Below, in pieces: positions 30,840-41,457 of a stretch of 64,000 bases of DNA. The stretch is taken from assembly GCA_963833985.1 (NCBI GenBank), contig CAWIAD010000002.1:6528001-6592000 (forward strand). Direction: 5' to 3'. Made by a program: the position numbers and the translations under genes. Within the stretch, counting starts at the first letter, position 1, and each line of letters begins with the position of its first letter. Under the pieces are notes generated by a model that saw nothing but the letters and a program-made list of their open reading frames with translations, was not told the DNA's origin and made no database searches. Source of the stretch: an uncultured Planctomycetaceae bacterium (GTDB lineage Bacteria; Planctomycetota; Planctomycetia; Isosphaerales; Isosphaeraceae).

Positions 30840-32348
30840 TTCTACTGTATCCTGGGGTTGACGAACTGTAAGGTTTTTTCTGATATTCGCTTCCGTCAAG
30901 GATGTTACAAGGAAGCGAGGGCGTCATGGATCGACGATACGAAGCACGGTTGGCTGACATGCTGGCACAATCGCAGGTGTCGCCTGACTTGATCGATGGT
31001 CTGCTGGAACGGTTGGACGTCTTCATCGAGCCGTTCGCTGCGACCCTGAGCGAACCTGAACAACATCGACATGCAACCGAGTACGTTACCGGTCTGCTGT
31101 CGAAGCTTGAGCACAAGACCGGCGAGGGAATCGCTTATCTCCACGATCAAGAACGACAAGGAATCCAAAAGTTCATCGGGCACGTGCCATGGGATCATCA
31201 ACCCCTGCTCACGATCCTGCGCAGCAGGTCGGCGAGCAACTGGGCGAGAAGGATGGGGTGATTATCTTCGACCCTTCGGGCTTCCCCAAGAAAGGGACTA
31301 TGTCGGTGGGCGTCGCGCGGCAGTGGTGCGGCCGGCTGGGGAAGGTTGAGAACTGTCAGGTTGGCGTCTACATGGCTTATGCGTCTAGAAAAGAGCATAC
31401 GATTACCAATGTAAGGCTTTACTTGCCCAAGGAATGGGCCAAGGATCGCGACCGCCGGAACAAGGCTGGCGTCCCCAAGTCCATCAAGTTCCAGACGCGC
31501 CATCAATTGGCCCTGGCGATGCTGGATGAGCAAGGTGGGTTGCTGCCACACGCGTGGGTGGCGGGGGACGATGAAATGGGCCGTCCCGCGAGTTTTCGCC
31601 AGGCGTTGAGGGAGCGGGGGGAGCAGTATCTGTTGGCGGTTCCGTCGAACACGACGATCCGCGATCTGGAGGCACCGCCACCGGAATATGGGGGGCGGGG
31701 TCAACCCCCCAAGGCTCCTTTCATGCGTGTGGATCATTGGCGTGCGGCCCTGCCGGAATCGGCGTGGACGAGGCTCGACGTCCGTGATGGCGAGAAGGGA
31801 CCTTTGGTGGTCGACGCGATCAAGCGGCGCGTCCAATCTCGAGGACCGGGCAATCGTGCAGGTTTCGAGGAGGTCCTCTTCATCACGCGTGAGCAACAGG
31901 CCGATGGAACTGTTAAACATGATTATTATTTATCAAATAGTAAAGCCGAAACTCCGTTGATCGAATTTGGCCGGGTGGCCAAACTGGCGCATCGGATCGA
32001 GGAGTGCCTGGAGCGGGGCAAAGGGGAGGCGGGCCTGGCCGATTACCAGGTGCGGAACTGGATCGCCTGGCATCACCATCAAACCTTGTCGCTCGTGGCC
32101 GCGTGGTTCCTGAATCAGGAGACGCGGCGGGGAAAAAATACAGACACCGGCATTGACGTCACCGCGGTTGCGGCAACTGATCGCAGGGATCATCGAGGAA
32201 CGTCTCAACGTCAACAGCCCCGAGAAGCTCTCCCGGTGCACCACACGTTGGTTGGAACGCAACGAGCTCGCCCGATTCTTCCAGCATTACTCACGCAAAC
32301 TCTTACCCCCTTTGAAGAACCAACTACGAACGTAGAGATACAGTAGAA
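30840..32348 (+). mobile_element. IS701-family insertion sequence
   Basis: 12-bp IRs TTCTACTGTATC (30840-30851) and GATACAGTAGAA (32337-32348), with a 4-bp direct repeat GTAT at 30836-30839 and 32349-32352. Confidence 0.9.
30926..32346 (+). CDS. IS701-family transposase (frameshift near 31218)
   Basis: FDPSGFPKKGTMSVGVARQWCGRLGKVENCQVGV, WVAGDDEMG, IEECLERGKGEAGLADYQVRNW. Confidence 0.9.
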
Positions 32349-32782
32349 GTATCCAGGTTGGGATCGATCACGGCCATCTCATGCTTACAAGTTGGGGCAC
32401 CCGAATTGCTGCCACTCTGCTGGCATCAGCTGTCCGCAGTTTCCTATCCATTGGATACAAATCGCTTTACGCTTGTGGGGCTCGGGTGCAGATCCCACCG
32501 CCCAGACGACCATCTGACGCCCCGGGGCGTCGCGAATGGGCCAGGCTATGCAGCACCCTCGCTCGCCATCGCCTCGGCTGGCAGCCCCCGCCGGCCGTGC
32601 CGACGGTCGGAGGGAACCCTGACCGACTTCCGCTCGGTCGTCTGAGCCGCGTGAACTCCGAACGACGGCGCCGCGAGGCCTGATGCTGGGGAGCGGGGCG
32701 TTGTGGGGCGCGGCTTTCATGCTCCACGGACCCGCACGCTGAGCCCGAGTTCGTGATATGTGTCGCCTGGCCGCGTGCTGGA

Positions 32783-35752
32783 TCACGGTGCAAAAGGATC
32801 TTCCGGAAAGGCCATGTCCAGCAGCAGGAGCTGGAACTCGGGCCGGGGACGGATCAGATCCATGTCGGGCTCGTTCCGGAAGGCGGTCAGGTCGCGAAGG
32901 CCGCCTGCGACGGAGGCGGCAGCGGCGGCAATCGCCCGATCCGCCTCGGCTCGGGCCTCCTCGCCGTCGAGCACTCCGGCGAGTAGCGAGCGTGCGCAGG
33001 TCATGTAGAAGCGGCCGAACAGATTGCGCGACTCGGGGAGCGACTCGGTGATCGCGATGGCTGCACGGAGCGTGGAAGCCGCATCACTTCGGCGTCCCAG
33101 TCGGGCCTCGGCACGCCCCTGGGAGATGAGGGCCATGGCCAGATTCAAGCGGGAACGGGTCATCTCTGGATTCGAGGCCACCATCCCCCGCGCCACGACA
33201 ACCGCGTCGCGTGCAACCTCCAGCGCCTCCGAAAGTCGGCCCACGTACGCGAGCGACCCGGCTTGGTCAGATCGAGCGACTGCCAGCCAGTCGCGGAAGT
33301 CGAAGACCGAGGGATGATCGTGGACCAGCTTGCGGTCGATCTCCAATGCTCGTTCCGTCGCCTCGAGTGATTCGTGTTCCCGACCGGCGAAGTGGAGGAT
33401 AAAGCCGAGATTGCCATAGGCGTGGGCTAATAGGAGCTGAGACTGCGTGAGCGCGGGATTTGTCGCCACCAGGCGCTCGGCGGTTTTCCGCATGCGATCG
33501 AGGACCGCCAGCGCCGCGTCGGTCTGTCCCTGGGCGGCAAGCGTAAGCCCCACGGCTTTCTGGCTCAGGCCCAATTCGTAGAGGGCTTCGGTCGCGTCCG
33601 GGGCGGCCGCGACGCACCGCTCGAGAATCGCCTCCCCCTGGCTCGCCGCCTCCAGCGCCTGGGACAATCGTCCTGCCTGAAACAACGCCGAGGCGACGTC
33701 GTACTGAGTCTTGCCCCACTCGGGTTGCCGGGTCGCGTCGCCGGGTGCGGCAGCGGCCTGGGCGGCTCGGGCATCGCGGGCGCTTTCTAATAAGGCCAGG
33801 CCTTCGGATTTGCGTCCCGTATCCCGCAAGATCTTCGCCAGGTTCCACTCGGTCGAGGCCAGATCGGCGCGCAGGGGGATGGAGTCGGGGTGCGCCGCGG
33901 CGAGTCGCGCCAGCCGCTCCTGGGCCGCGCGGAGCGAGGCTTCGGCCTCTGCCGTCTGGCCCACGACCAACTGGGCCTGGCCCACTTCCAGCAGGCTCAC
34001 GGCGGCATCGGCCTGTGACTCGGCGTCGACCCCGGGCTCAGAGGCCAGCGACTCGCGTAGAGACAGAACTTCCTGGTGCCTTTTGAGCGCCTCCGTCGCG
34101 TCGCCCACCTTCCCGGTCAGGTCGGCCAGCTCGAACTCAGCGCTCGCCAGCGCCTGCCGCGAGTCGCGGTCGGACCGCCCTTTCAGGAGCCCGCCCAGCC
34201 GGTCGTGGAAATCGGCCGCCGTCCGCAGCAGACGGTCTCGCAGGCCCTTGAACTGCTCCTCTCTCAGTAGGAAGTCGTCGCTGACGCCGGTCTGCAACGT
34301 GCGGATGGAGTCGAGCGCCAGCGCGAACTGCTGTTGCACGCGGGCCTTTTCGTCGGCCAGTTCGGTATTGGCTCGTTCGAGCCGGCCGTTCAGGCCGCGG
34401 AGCGTGTCATTCGACCGGCGTTCGACCGTCGCCACAGCCGCCAGGCCGGCCAGCAGCGTCAGCCCGGCCACCGTGGCCGCGGTCACCGCCGTGCGGTGCC
34501 GTCGCGACCACCGCCGCAGCCACCGCGAGACCGGCTCCCGCCAGGCCGTCACCGGCTCGTCGGCCATCCACCGCTCAAGGTCGTCGGCCAGCGCCTTCGC
34601 CGAGGGGTAGCGGTCTTGCGGCTCGGTGGCCATGGCCTTCAGGCAGATGGCTTCCAGCGGCCGGTCGAGCGACGGGTCGAGCTGCCGCGGCGTGGCGAAC
34701 CGGCCGGCCTCGACGGCGCGGAGGATGGCGCCGAGGTCGTCGGCCTCGAACGGCGGCTTGCCGGTCAGCAGGCAATAGAGCGTCGCGCCCAGGCTGTACA
34801 CGTCGGAACACGGCCCCAGCGCGTCGAGCTCGCCGCGCGCCTGCTCGGGACTCATGTAGGCCGGCGTCCCCAGAGCGCTGCCGGGCAGGGTCTCGCTCGA
34901 CGAGCCCGAGGATGGGGCGATCGTCCGTTCACCGATCGACGGGTCGGCGCGGCCCACGGCCTTGGCCAGGCCCCAGTCCACCACGAGGGTCTCGCCGTGC
35001 TGGCCCAGGATGATGTTGGCCGGCTTGATGTCGCGGTGGATCACTCCCCGGGAGTGGGCGTAGTCGATGGCGTTGCAAACATCCAGGAACCGCCTGAGCA
35101 GCTTGCGGAGTTCGAGCGGACGCCCACCCGCGGGCCCGCCCCGGTGGAACGACTCGATGGCCTCCTTCAGCGACTCGCCGCGGATGAACCGCATGGCGTA
35201 GTAAGGACGGCCGTCGGCGTAGCTTCCCAGGCCATAGACCGGTACCACGCCCGGGTGCTCCAGCCCGCCGGTGATCTCGGCCTCGGCGACGAATCGCTGG
35301 CGGCTGGTCGGGTCGTCGGCGTGCTGGTCGAGGATCTGCTTGAGCGCCACCTCGCGCTTCAGCTCCGAATCGAGCGCCACGAACACGGCCCCCAGGCCGC
35401 CCCGGGCGTGCGGGCGCAACAGCCGGAACCGCTGGCCGTTGCTGGTGGCAGCGCCGATGGAGAGGTCGACTGTGCGGTCCAGGTCGGCGGCGGTCTCTCC
35501 ATCGTCCGGCTCGGCGGCCCGTCCGTTACCCGATCGAGCGGTGCCCCCGTGGGCCTCCAGGTGCAGCACCGCCATCCCCTCCAGCACCGTCCGCTGGGCC
35601 GGCACGAGATGCCCCAGCGCGACCAGGTGATCGGCCAGGCCCCGCGACCGGTCGAGGGTCCAGGCCTGGAAGCCGGCGAGAAGCTGGGCCTGGCTGATCA
35701 GCCCGTTCTGAAGGCCCAGCAGCCCCACAAGTAGTTGATGATCGGTGCCCAT
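32783..35752 (-). CDS. Hanks-type Ser/Thr protein kinase with TM and C-terminal TPR-like repeats
   Basis: HARGGLGAV, VALK, HRDIKPAN, VVDWGLAK, GTPAYMSPEQ, DVYSLG, then a hydrophobic segment and helical repeats. Confidence 0.92.
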   Translation of the reverse strand: MGTDHQLLVGLLGLQNGLISQAQLLAGFQAWTLDRSRGLADHLVALGHLVPAQRTVLEGMAVLHLEAHGGTARSGNGRAAEPDDGETAADLDRTVDLSIGAATSNGQRFRLLRPHARGGLGAVFVALDSELKREVALKQILDQHADDPTSRQRFVAEAEITGGLEHPGVVPVYGLGSYADGRPYYAMRFIRGESLKEAIESFHRGGPAGGRPLELRKLLRRFLDVCNAIDYAHSRGVIHRDIKPANIILGQHGETLVVDWGLAKAVGRADPSIGERTIAPSSGSSSETLPGSALGTPAYMSPEQARGELDALGPCSDVYSLGATLYCLLTGKPPFEADDLGAILRAVEAGRFATPRQLDPSLDRPLEAICLKAMATEPQDRYPSAKALADDLERWMADEPVTAWREPVSRWLRRWSRRHRTAVTAATVAGLTLLAGLAAVATVERRSNDTLRGLNGRLERANTELADEKARVQQQFALALDSIRTLQTGVSDDFLLREEQFKGLRDRLLRTAADFHDRLGGLLKGRSDRDSRQALASAEFELADLTGKVGDATEALKRHQEVLSLRESLASEPGVDAESQADAAVSLLEVGQAQLVVGQTAEAEASLRAAQERLARLAAAHPDSIPLRADLASTEWNLAKILRDTGRKSEGLALLESARDARAAQAAAAPGDATRQPEWGKTQYDVASALFQAGRLSQALEAASQGEAILERCVAAAPDATEALYELGLSQKAVGLTLAAQGQTDAALAVLDRMRKTAERLVATNPALTQSQLLLAHAYGNLGFILHFAGREHESLEATERALEIDRKLVHDHPSVFDFRDWLAVARSDQAGSLAYVGRLSEALEVARDAVVVARGMVASNPEMTRSRLNLAMALISQGRAEARLGRRSDAASTLRAAIAITESLPESRNLFGRFYMTCARSLLAGVLDGEEARAEADRAIAAAAASVAGGLRDLTAFRNEPDMDLIRPRPEFQLLLLDMAFPEDPFAP

Positions 35753-36235
35753 GGAAAACCCCTGCGCTCAGCCCCGATTCCACGGCCCACGCCCTTGGAG
35801 GCCGTGTGAGCACTCGCTCGTTGAAAAGCCTGATCCTACCAGCAAGTGGCTCGCGGGAAGTAGCGACCCGGGATCCAGGCGCTATCCATTAGGTTCACGT
35901 GAACCGACCTAGCCACCTGGACCCGCCACCGGCGGCTGATCGCAGCGATCGCCGGCCATCGCCGGGCCGCGGGTCGGTTGACCGAGAGCCTCGTCCACTT
36001 CCTGAAGGTGTAGAGGATCTACTGCCCGGGGCCGTTTCGCTACGACGAGGCCTCGCGCTCAGGCAACAGGGGGCAAGCCTGTCCCGTCGCTCTACTGTCC
36101 GTTCAGGATCGGGGATGTCGATCATCCGTCTCCCTGCCATGTCGCCCCTCTGTGTTCGGAGGCGTTCTACGCAGCCGATGGCCCGGACGCAAATGACGAC
36201 CAACCATTGATGAAACGGCTTCCAGGCTTTGGGCT

Positions 36236-37353
36236 TCAACGAGACACCTCAACGATGGCGTCGGCGATCGGCGGGGCGGCGTGGGGGAACGCCTCGCGGA
36301 AGGGGGTGAGCTCGCCCAGCAGGGCGGCGATCGTGGCGGCAACCTGGCCCAGAGTGGCCTCGGACGCGTCGGTGCGTTCGCCGAGGCGGGGCGTGTCAGG
36401 GCCGATGACGGCGAGCCAGATCTCGTCGGAGCCGGGCGTGTCCGCGTTGTGGTCGCGCCAATCGCGCGGGGTATGACCCCGGCCATGGTCGGTGGCGATG
36501 ATCAGGGCGTCGTGTCACGGTACTGCGGGTGCGCCTGGAGGGTTTCCCAGAGTTCCTTCAGGTTGGCGTCGAACTGGTGGGAGGCATGCAGATACTGGTC
36601 GTAGCGGCCCCGGTGGGCCTAGTCGTCCACGCCCATCGACAGCAACAAGACGCGCGGCCTGATTCTCGGAAGGGCCTCCATGGCCACCCGGAAGGTGTAC
36701 ACGTCGTCGCGGACGTCGTCCAGTTCCCGGACCGCGTTTTCCATCATGCGCTTCAGGAGTCTGGCGTCGGACGAGAGGTTCGATCCGCCGATCGGCTGCC
36801 AGCCGGCATTCACGGGGATTCCGCTCCGCTCGGTATTGAGGACCCACGGGAGGACGTCCCAGTCTCCGACGACGGCCACCTGGCCCTTGTAGGCATCCCG
36901 GCGCGAGAGCCACTCGAGCACGGTCACGTTCGGGTTGGGCCGCTTGTCATTGAAGTCGATCCGCGGGTCCGCTCGACCGGTGAGCATTTCGTTGTAACAG
37001 GCGTAGGACAGGAGCTTGGTGTTCGTGGCCCGCGCGGGGCTCTTCCGATCGCGGTTGCCGAGCACCAGCCCATTGCGCGCGATCGTGGTCCAGAAGAACG
37101 GCATCAACTTCTGCCGGCGCTGCTCAGGCGTGTCGCCACCGAACGCACGCCGCAGCGCCTCGGGATCCTCCACTCCGCCATCCTCCTTGTTGAACAGGCC
37201 AGGATCCGCGCCATGGAATACCTCGTGCCAGCGCATGCCGGAGTCCATCGCGAGCACGACATTGCGGGTGCGGAGTCGCGCCGGCTGGTCCTCGGCGAGG
37301 ACGGGTACGAAGAGTGACAGGACGAGGGCTGAGACGATCGGGAAGGTCCTCAT
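36236..37353 (-). pseudogene. Alkaline phosphatase/phosphoglyceromutase-superfamily protein, disrupted
   Basis: Signal peptide, NVVLAMDSGMRW, DD*AHRGRYDQYL (TAG at 36619-36621 where Trp is expected), and a frameshift near 36508 before IATDHGRG. Confidence 0.7.
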
Positions 37354-37407
37354 GCGAGTGCCCCAGTACGGCGGGTGATATGGGCGACGATCACAAGCCT
37401 TCCACCC

Positions 37408-38394
37408 CTACAAGAACTTCACATCGAGATCGGCCAAATGCTGGAGGACGCGATCGAAGCGAAACGGCGGAGGCGGCTGCAAGAAGGTGTACTCCTCACA
37501 GGGATCGCACATGTAACGGAAGAACGGCTCGTTCAAGCCCGGGGCATGGAACTGGATGAACCGGGTGTTGTGGCCCGTGAGCTGGAACGTATGCGGCGTG
37601 AGTGCGGGCACGTGCAGAAAATCGCCCGGTTGTAGAGTTACCTCCTCCTCGCCGGCTGTCATGCTCACGGATCCGTTCAGACAGAAGAAGGTCTCCGTGT
37701 GTTTCTCATGCAAATGATTCGGAATGCGATGTCCCTTGGGTCCGTCCGTCATCAAGGCAAGGAATTTCCCGCCGCTCTGGCGCGAATCGGTGAGGAACGT
37801 GAAGAGCGTATCGCCCGCCATCATGCGCTCCCCTTCGCCGGCCGGGATGACGTACGGTTCGACACCCGCAGGTGCGACGTTGCTCTTCTTACCCGGTGTG
37901 ATGGCTGACGATTCCGGGAGAAACTCAACATCGATGCCGGGCAATGGCTTCCTCCAGTCCGGCGGCTCGGCGTGGGGCGAATAGATCACTGCCTCGGTGG
38001 GCTGGCCGAGCGCCTGGTACATCGCGGCACCGTTGTCACCGAAGGTCCATGTCAGAAGCCTGGTTCGGTGACTCGTGGAAACCAGGCCGTGCGGCGTGCC
38101 CGACGGGACGCTCGCATAATCGCCGCCTTCCAGAGCGAACTCCTTGTCTCGCAACCGCAAGCTGGCTGACCCTTCAAGCACATAGATCGCCTCATGCGAG
38201 TTCCCGTGCCGATGCAACGGCACGTGGAAACCCTTCGCACCGGTCAGCACGACACCCTCCATGAGCGAGCCTGTGTTCTCCCTGCGGCCAATACTCGTTG
38301 CCAGAAAGGGACCGAGCAGATACCGTCGACCTTCACCACTTTCGAGGAAGTAAGGCTGCTTCACGCCGGGAAGCTTGTTCTGGTACACATTCAC
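37408..38394 (-). CDS. Quercetin 2,3-dioxygenase-like bicupin
   Basis: Two cupin motifs (PLHRHGNSHEAIY..PSGTPHG; PNHLHEKHTETF..PALTPHTF); PYFLESGEGRRY resembles the Bacillus QdoI type. Confidence 0.85.
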   Translation of the reverse strand: MNVYQNKLPGVKQPYFLESGEGRRYLLGPFLATSIGRRENTGSLMEGVVLTGAKGFHVPLHRHGNSHEAIYVLEGSASLRLRDKEFALEGGDYASVPSGTPHGLVSTSHRTRLLTWTFGDNGAAMYQALGQPTEAVIYSPHAEPPDWRKPLPGIDVEFLPESSAITPGKKSNVAPAGVEPYVIPAGEGERMMAGDTLFTFLTDSRQSGGKFLALMTDGPKGHRIPNHLHEKHTETFFCLNGSVSMTAGEEEVTLQPGDFLHVPALTPHTFQLTGHNTRFIQFHAPGLNEPFFRYMCDPCEEYTFLQPPPPFRFDRVLQHLADLDVKFL

Positions 38395-38728
38395 TTCTCC
38401 GTGTTGGTTCAGCCTGAAATGGAGCGCGGGTGCACTCGATTGTTGAGCATGTCGAGCACCTCGGATAGCCGCTCTTCAGCCTGATGACCGAGATAAGTTT
38501 TCCGGCCGGCTGCAACGATGTTCTGTCTCGAGGGGATGTGATGCCGGCCCGGTCAATGTCATCGACTCTCGCGGTCACTTGACGAATCGCCTCTGTTTGA
38601 GCCCAGATTTGACCTCAATGAACCATTCCCTTTTGGCCTGAAAGGGCGGCAGGCGCCGAGAGCCTTCTGCCAGTGATCCAGGGAGTGTTGGATTTGAAGG
38701 ACCCGGGTCATCCGCCCTTACCAGATGC

Positions 38729-39493
38729 TCAAATCCCCGCGTACCAGGAGTAGCCATGTTCCGGTGAGGCGGAGCCAAGGCCCTTGCCAAACGCCGGCAA
38801 GTTGTCGGTCACGGTCAGGCGGGTGATGTATTTGACGCTCTTGTAGCCCAACTGTCGCGGCACCCGCATCCGGAGCGGACCGCCAAATCCGACCGGCAAA
38901 TCACCCCCATTGAATCCATAGCTGAGCAGGGTCTGCGGGTGCAGCGCATCGGCCATGTCCAGGCTGTCCCACCATTCTGCTTTATCGATCGAATAATAGA
39001 CAACGAACTTTGCCTGGGGGAGAATTCCGGCCACTTCCAGAACGCGAGCCAAAGGTGTCCCGATCCATTCGGCGATATACGACCAGCCCTCTTCACAGGT
39101 TACCTGCGTGACCTGGTTGCTCACAGGTAGACTTCGCAGTTCGGAAAGCGAAAACGACCCGGGATGCGTGACCAAGCCGTCGATCTCCAGCCGCCAATCC
39201 GCGAACCCGCCCGCCTGTAGCTTCTTGAAGGCTTCGAGTTCGGGCGGCTTGCCGTTGGCGAAGGGAGCCTTGGAGATCTGGCTTCGCGTGAACTCGCGAG
39301 CCATGGACCGACGCGTCAACAGCCGTTGCGCCGCATAGGTCAGCGTCGTCCCCGCGCCGTACAGCCCCGCGCCATCGGGCGGGACAAGCCCATACCGGGC
39401 GGCCAGCTTCGCAGCAACGGCCAGGCCCGACAAACCCGCGGCTGCGCCGATTCCGGAGGTTAGCCATTTCCTCCGCGATGATCTGTCGTTCAT
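38729..39493 (-). CDS. Tat-exported molybdopterin oxidoreductase (sulfite oxidase/MsrP-like)
   Basis: SRRKWL Tat motif, WRLEIDGLV, TCEEGWS, GGPLRMRVPRQLGYKSVK. Confidence 0.88.
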   Translation of the reverse strand: MNDRSSRRKWLTSGIGAAAGLSGLAVAAKLAARYGLVPPDGAGLYGAGTTLTYAAQRLLTRRSMAREFTRSQISKAPFANGKPPELEAFKKLQAGGFADWRLEIDGLVTHPGSFSLSELRSLPVSNQVTQVTCEEGWSYIAEWIGTPLARVLEVAGILPQAKFVVYYSIDKAEWWDSLDMADALHPQTLLSYGFNGGDLPVGFGGPLRMRVPRQLGYKSVKYITRLTVTDNLPAFGKGLGSASPEHGYSWYAGI

Positions 39494-40248
39494 AACTTTT
39501 CCAGGGATTTACCAGTGATCATGCCACTCATGCGGCTGCGGAATCCGGCCAGGCAAACCATCAGTACGTGCACGATGACGAAAAGCACGAGGAACAGGGT
39601 GCCAATGAAGTGCAAGGTGCGTGCGGATTGATGACCGCCGAGAACATTCACGAAGAAGGGAAACGCCGAAGTGACAGCCGGTGACATGGCGAGTCCGGTC
39701 CAGATCATCAGCGGGAACGCCCCGAAGATCACGACGAGATAGGCGAACCGCTGAAGAGGATTGTAGGTTTGATGGTCTCCCCCGAACTTGAACCGCAGGT
39801 GGTTCGCGAAGACTCTTGCCAACTCACCGGGCGACAGGTCGGCGCGGGAGGGTACCAGGTCTCTTCGAATGTGGCCCGAGAGCACCCCGGACAGGACGTA
39901 CCACAGGCCGGCCGCGACCACCACCCACGCCGTTTGAAAGTGAAGCGACCGGCTCCAACCGTTCTGGTCCGGCAAGGTGTAGCCAAACCCCGTGGGAACC
40001 GAAGCTCGCGAAGCAGGGATGGGAATGGAGAAGAAGGCCGGCGTGTTGACGTTGCCTTCTTCACCCCAATAAAAACGCGGATGAGAGATGACGATCTCCG
40101 CCCCGCTGAGGAGCAACGCCAGAAGGCACAAGGCCACAACCCAGTGGGACACCCGCACCGTCGCGCTATGCCGAATCGCCGCGGCCGGAACTGCCGCCGT
40201 GGCGGAGGAAGAGGGTCTCAATTCTGATGTGGAGGCGGAACCAGCCAT
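39490..40248 (-). CDS. Cytochrome b membrane subunit (Ni/Fe-hydrogenase b-type family)
   Basis: VRVSHW, SLHF, YNPLQRFAY, ARTLHF...VHV; overlaps the start of the oxidoreductase gene. Confidence 0.88.
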   Translation of the reverse strand: MAGSASTSELRPSSSATAAVPAAAIRHSATVRVSHWVVALCLLALLLSGAEIVISHPRFYWGEEGNVNTPAFFSIPIPASRASVPTGFGYTLPDQNGWSRSLHFQTAWVVVAAGLWYVLSGVLSGHIRRDLVPSRADLSPGELARVFANHLRFKFGGDHQTYNPLQRFAYLVVIFGAFPLMIWTGLAMSPAVTSAFPFFVNVLGGHQSARTLHFIGTLFLVLFVIVHVLMVCLAGFRSRMSGMITGKSLEKL

Positions 40249-41457
40249 GGTAGCGCAAGTGTTGGGTTTACGGCTCGGAGATTTGAGAGATGATCTGGCC
40301 GGGAACGCGATATGTCAAGAAGGTAACCAATAATCACGCCGTAGCGAGGTTCGGATTGGCGGGGGGTTGAGCGGAACGGGTGTCAATGCACGGTAACCGA
40401 TCAGCGAACCGCGTTCTTGGCCTGGCGGGCGAGGGCCAGGCGAGCTGGTGCCGTGCTGGAGACGACGAGGAAGGGCTTCATGCGTAGGCTCCAGGATGGT
40501 GGGTGTCAGGAGCGACGATCTTAGATCCCTGGGCCCCGCAATCTAGTGTCCTGAGTTACAATTTCGCCAAATAACCTTGACTTATCGTTTATATCATCAT
40601 ATAATCTTTCAAATGAGATTTATGATGAATAAAGGTGGTCGCCCCAAGGCTACTCTCACTTTGAATGATGTCGAGCGCCAGAAACTCGAAGCGTGGTCGC
40701 GCCGGCCCAAGACCAGCCAGCGTCTCGCCCTCCGTTCGCGGATCATCTTGGCTTGCGCTCAAGGTTTCGATAATCAGGAAATCGCCGCACAACTCCGGGT
40801 GAATGTCGTGACGGTCGGGAAATGGCGGAAACGTTTCCTCCTCGATCGTCTCGACGGCCTGTCCGACGAGCCAAGGCCGGGGGCGCCCTGCAAAATCACG
40901 GACGCAATGGTCGAGGCCGTTGTGACCAAGACTCTGGAGGAGAAACCCAAGGCCGCCACGCATTGGAGCACTCGGGGCATGGCGGAAGCCGTCGGCTTGT
41001 CTCAGACAGCGATCTCGCGTATCTGGCGAGCGTTCGAGTTGAAGCCTCACCGCAGCGAGACGTTCAAGCTTTCCACGGACCCCTTTTTCATCGAGAAGGT
41101 CCGCGACATCGTCGGGTTGTATATGAGCCCGCCGGAGCGCGCTATCGTCTTGAGCATCGACGAGAAGAGCCAGGTGCAAGCGTTGGACCGTACCCAGCCG
41201 TTGCTTCCCATGGGGCCTGGCCAGGCGGAGAGGCGAACTCCGGATTATGTACGCAATGGGACGACTTCGCTGTTCGCCGCCTTGGACGTCGCGACAGGTC
41301 GTGTGATTGGCAAATGCTACCGTCGCCATCGACAACAAGAATTCCTCAAATTCCTCAACGAGATCGATAGCCAGATCGCCAAAGCACCAGGCGTCGAGAT
41401 TCACCTCGTCATGGACAACTACGGCACACACAAAGCTCCAGCCGTGAAGCGGTGGTT

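Noticed and set aside
40330..40540. Possible remnant of another IS next to the IS630 left end
   Set aside because: Short stop-interrupted frames and no IR pair; cannot be supported without a search.
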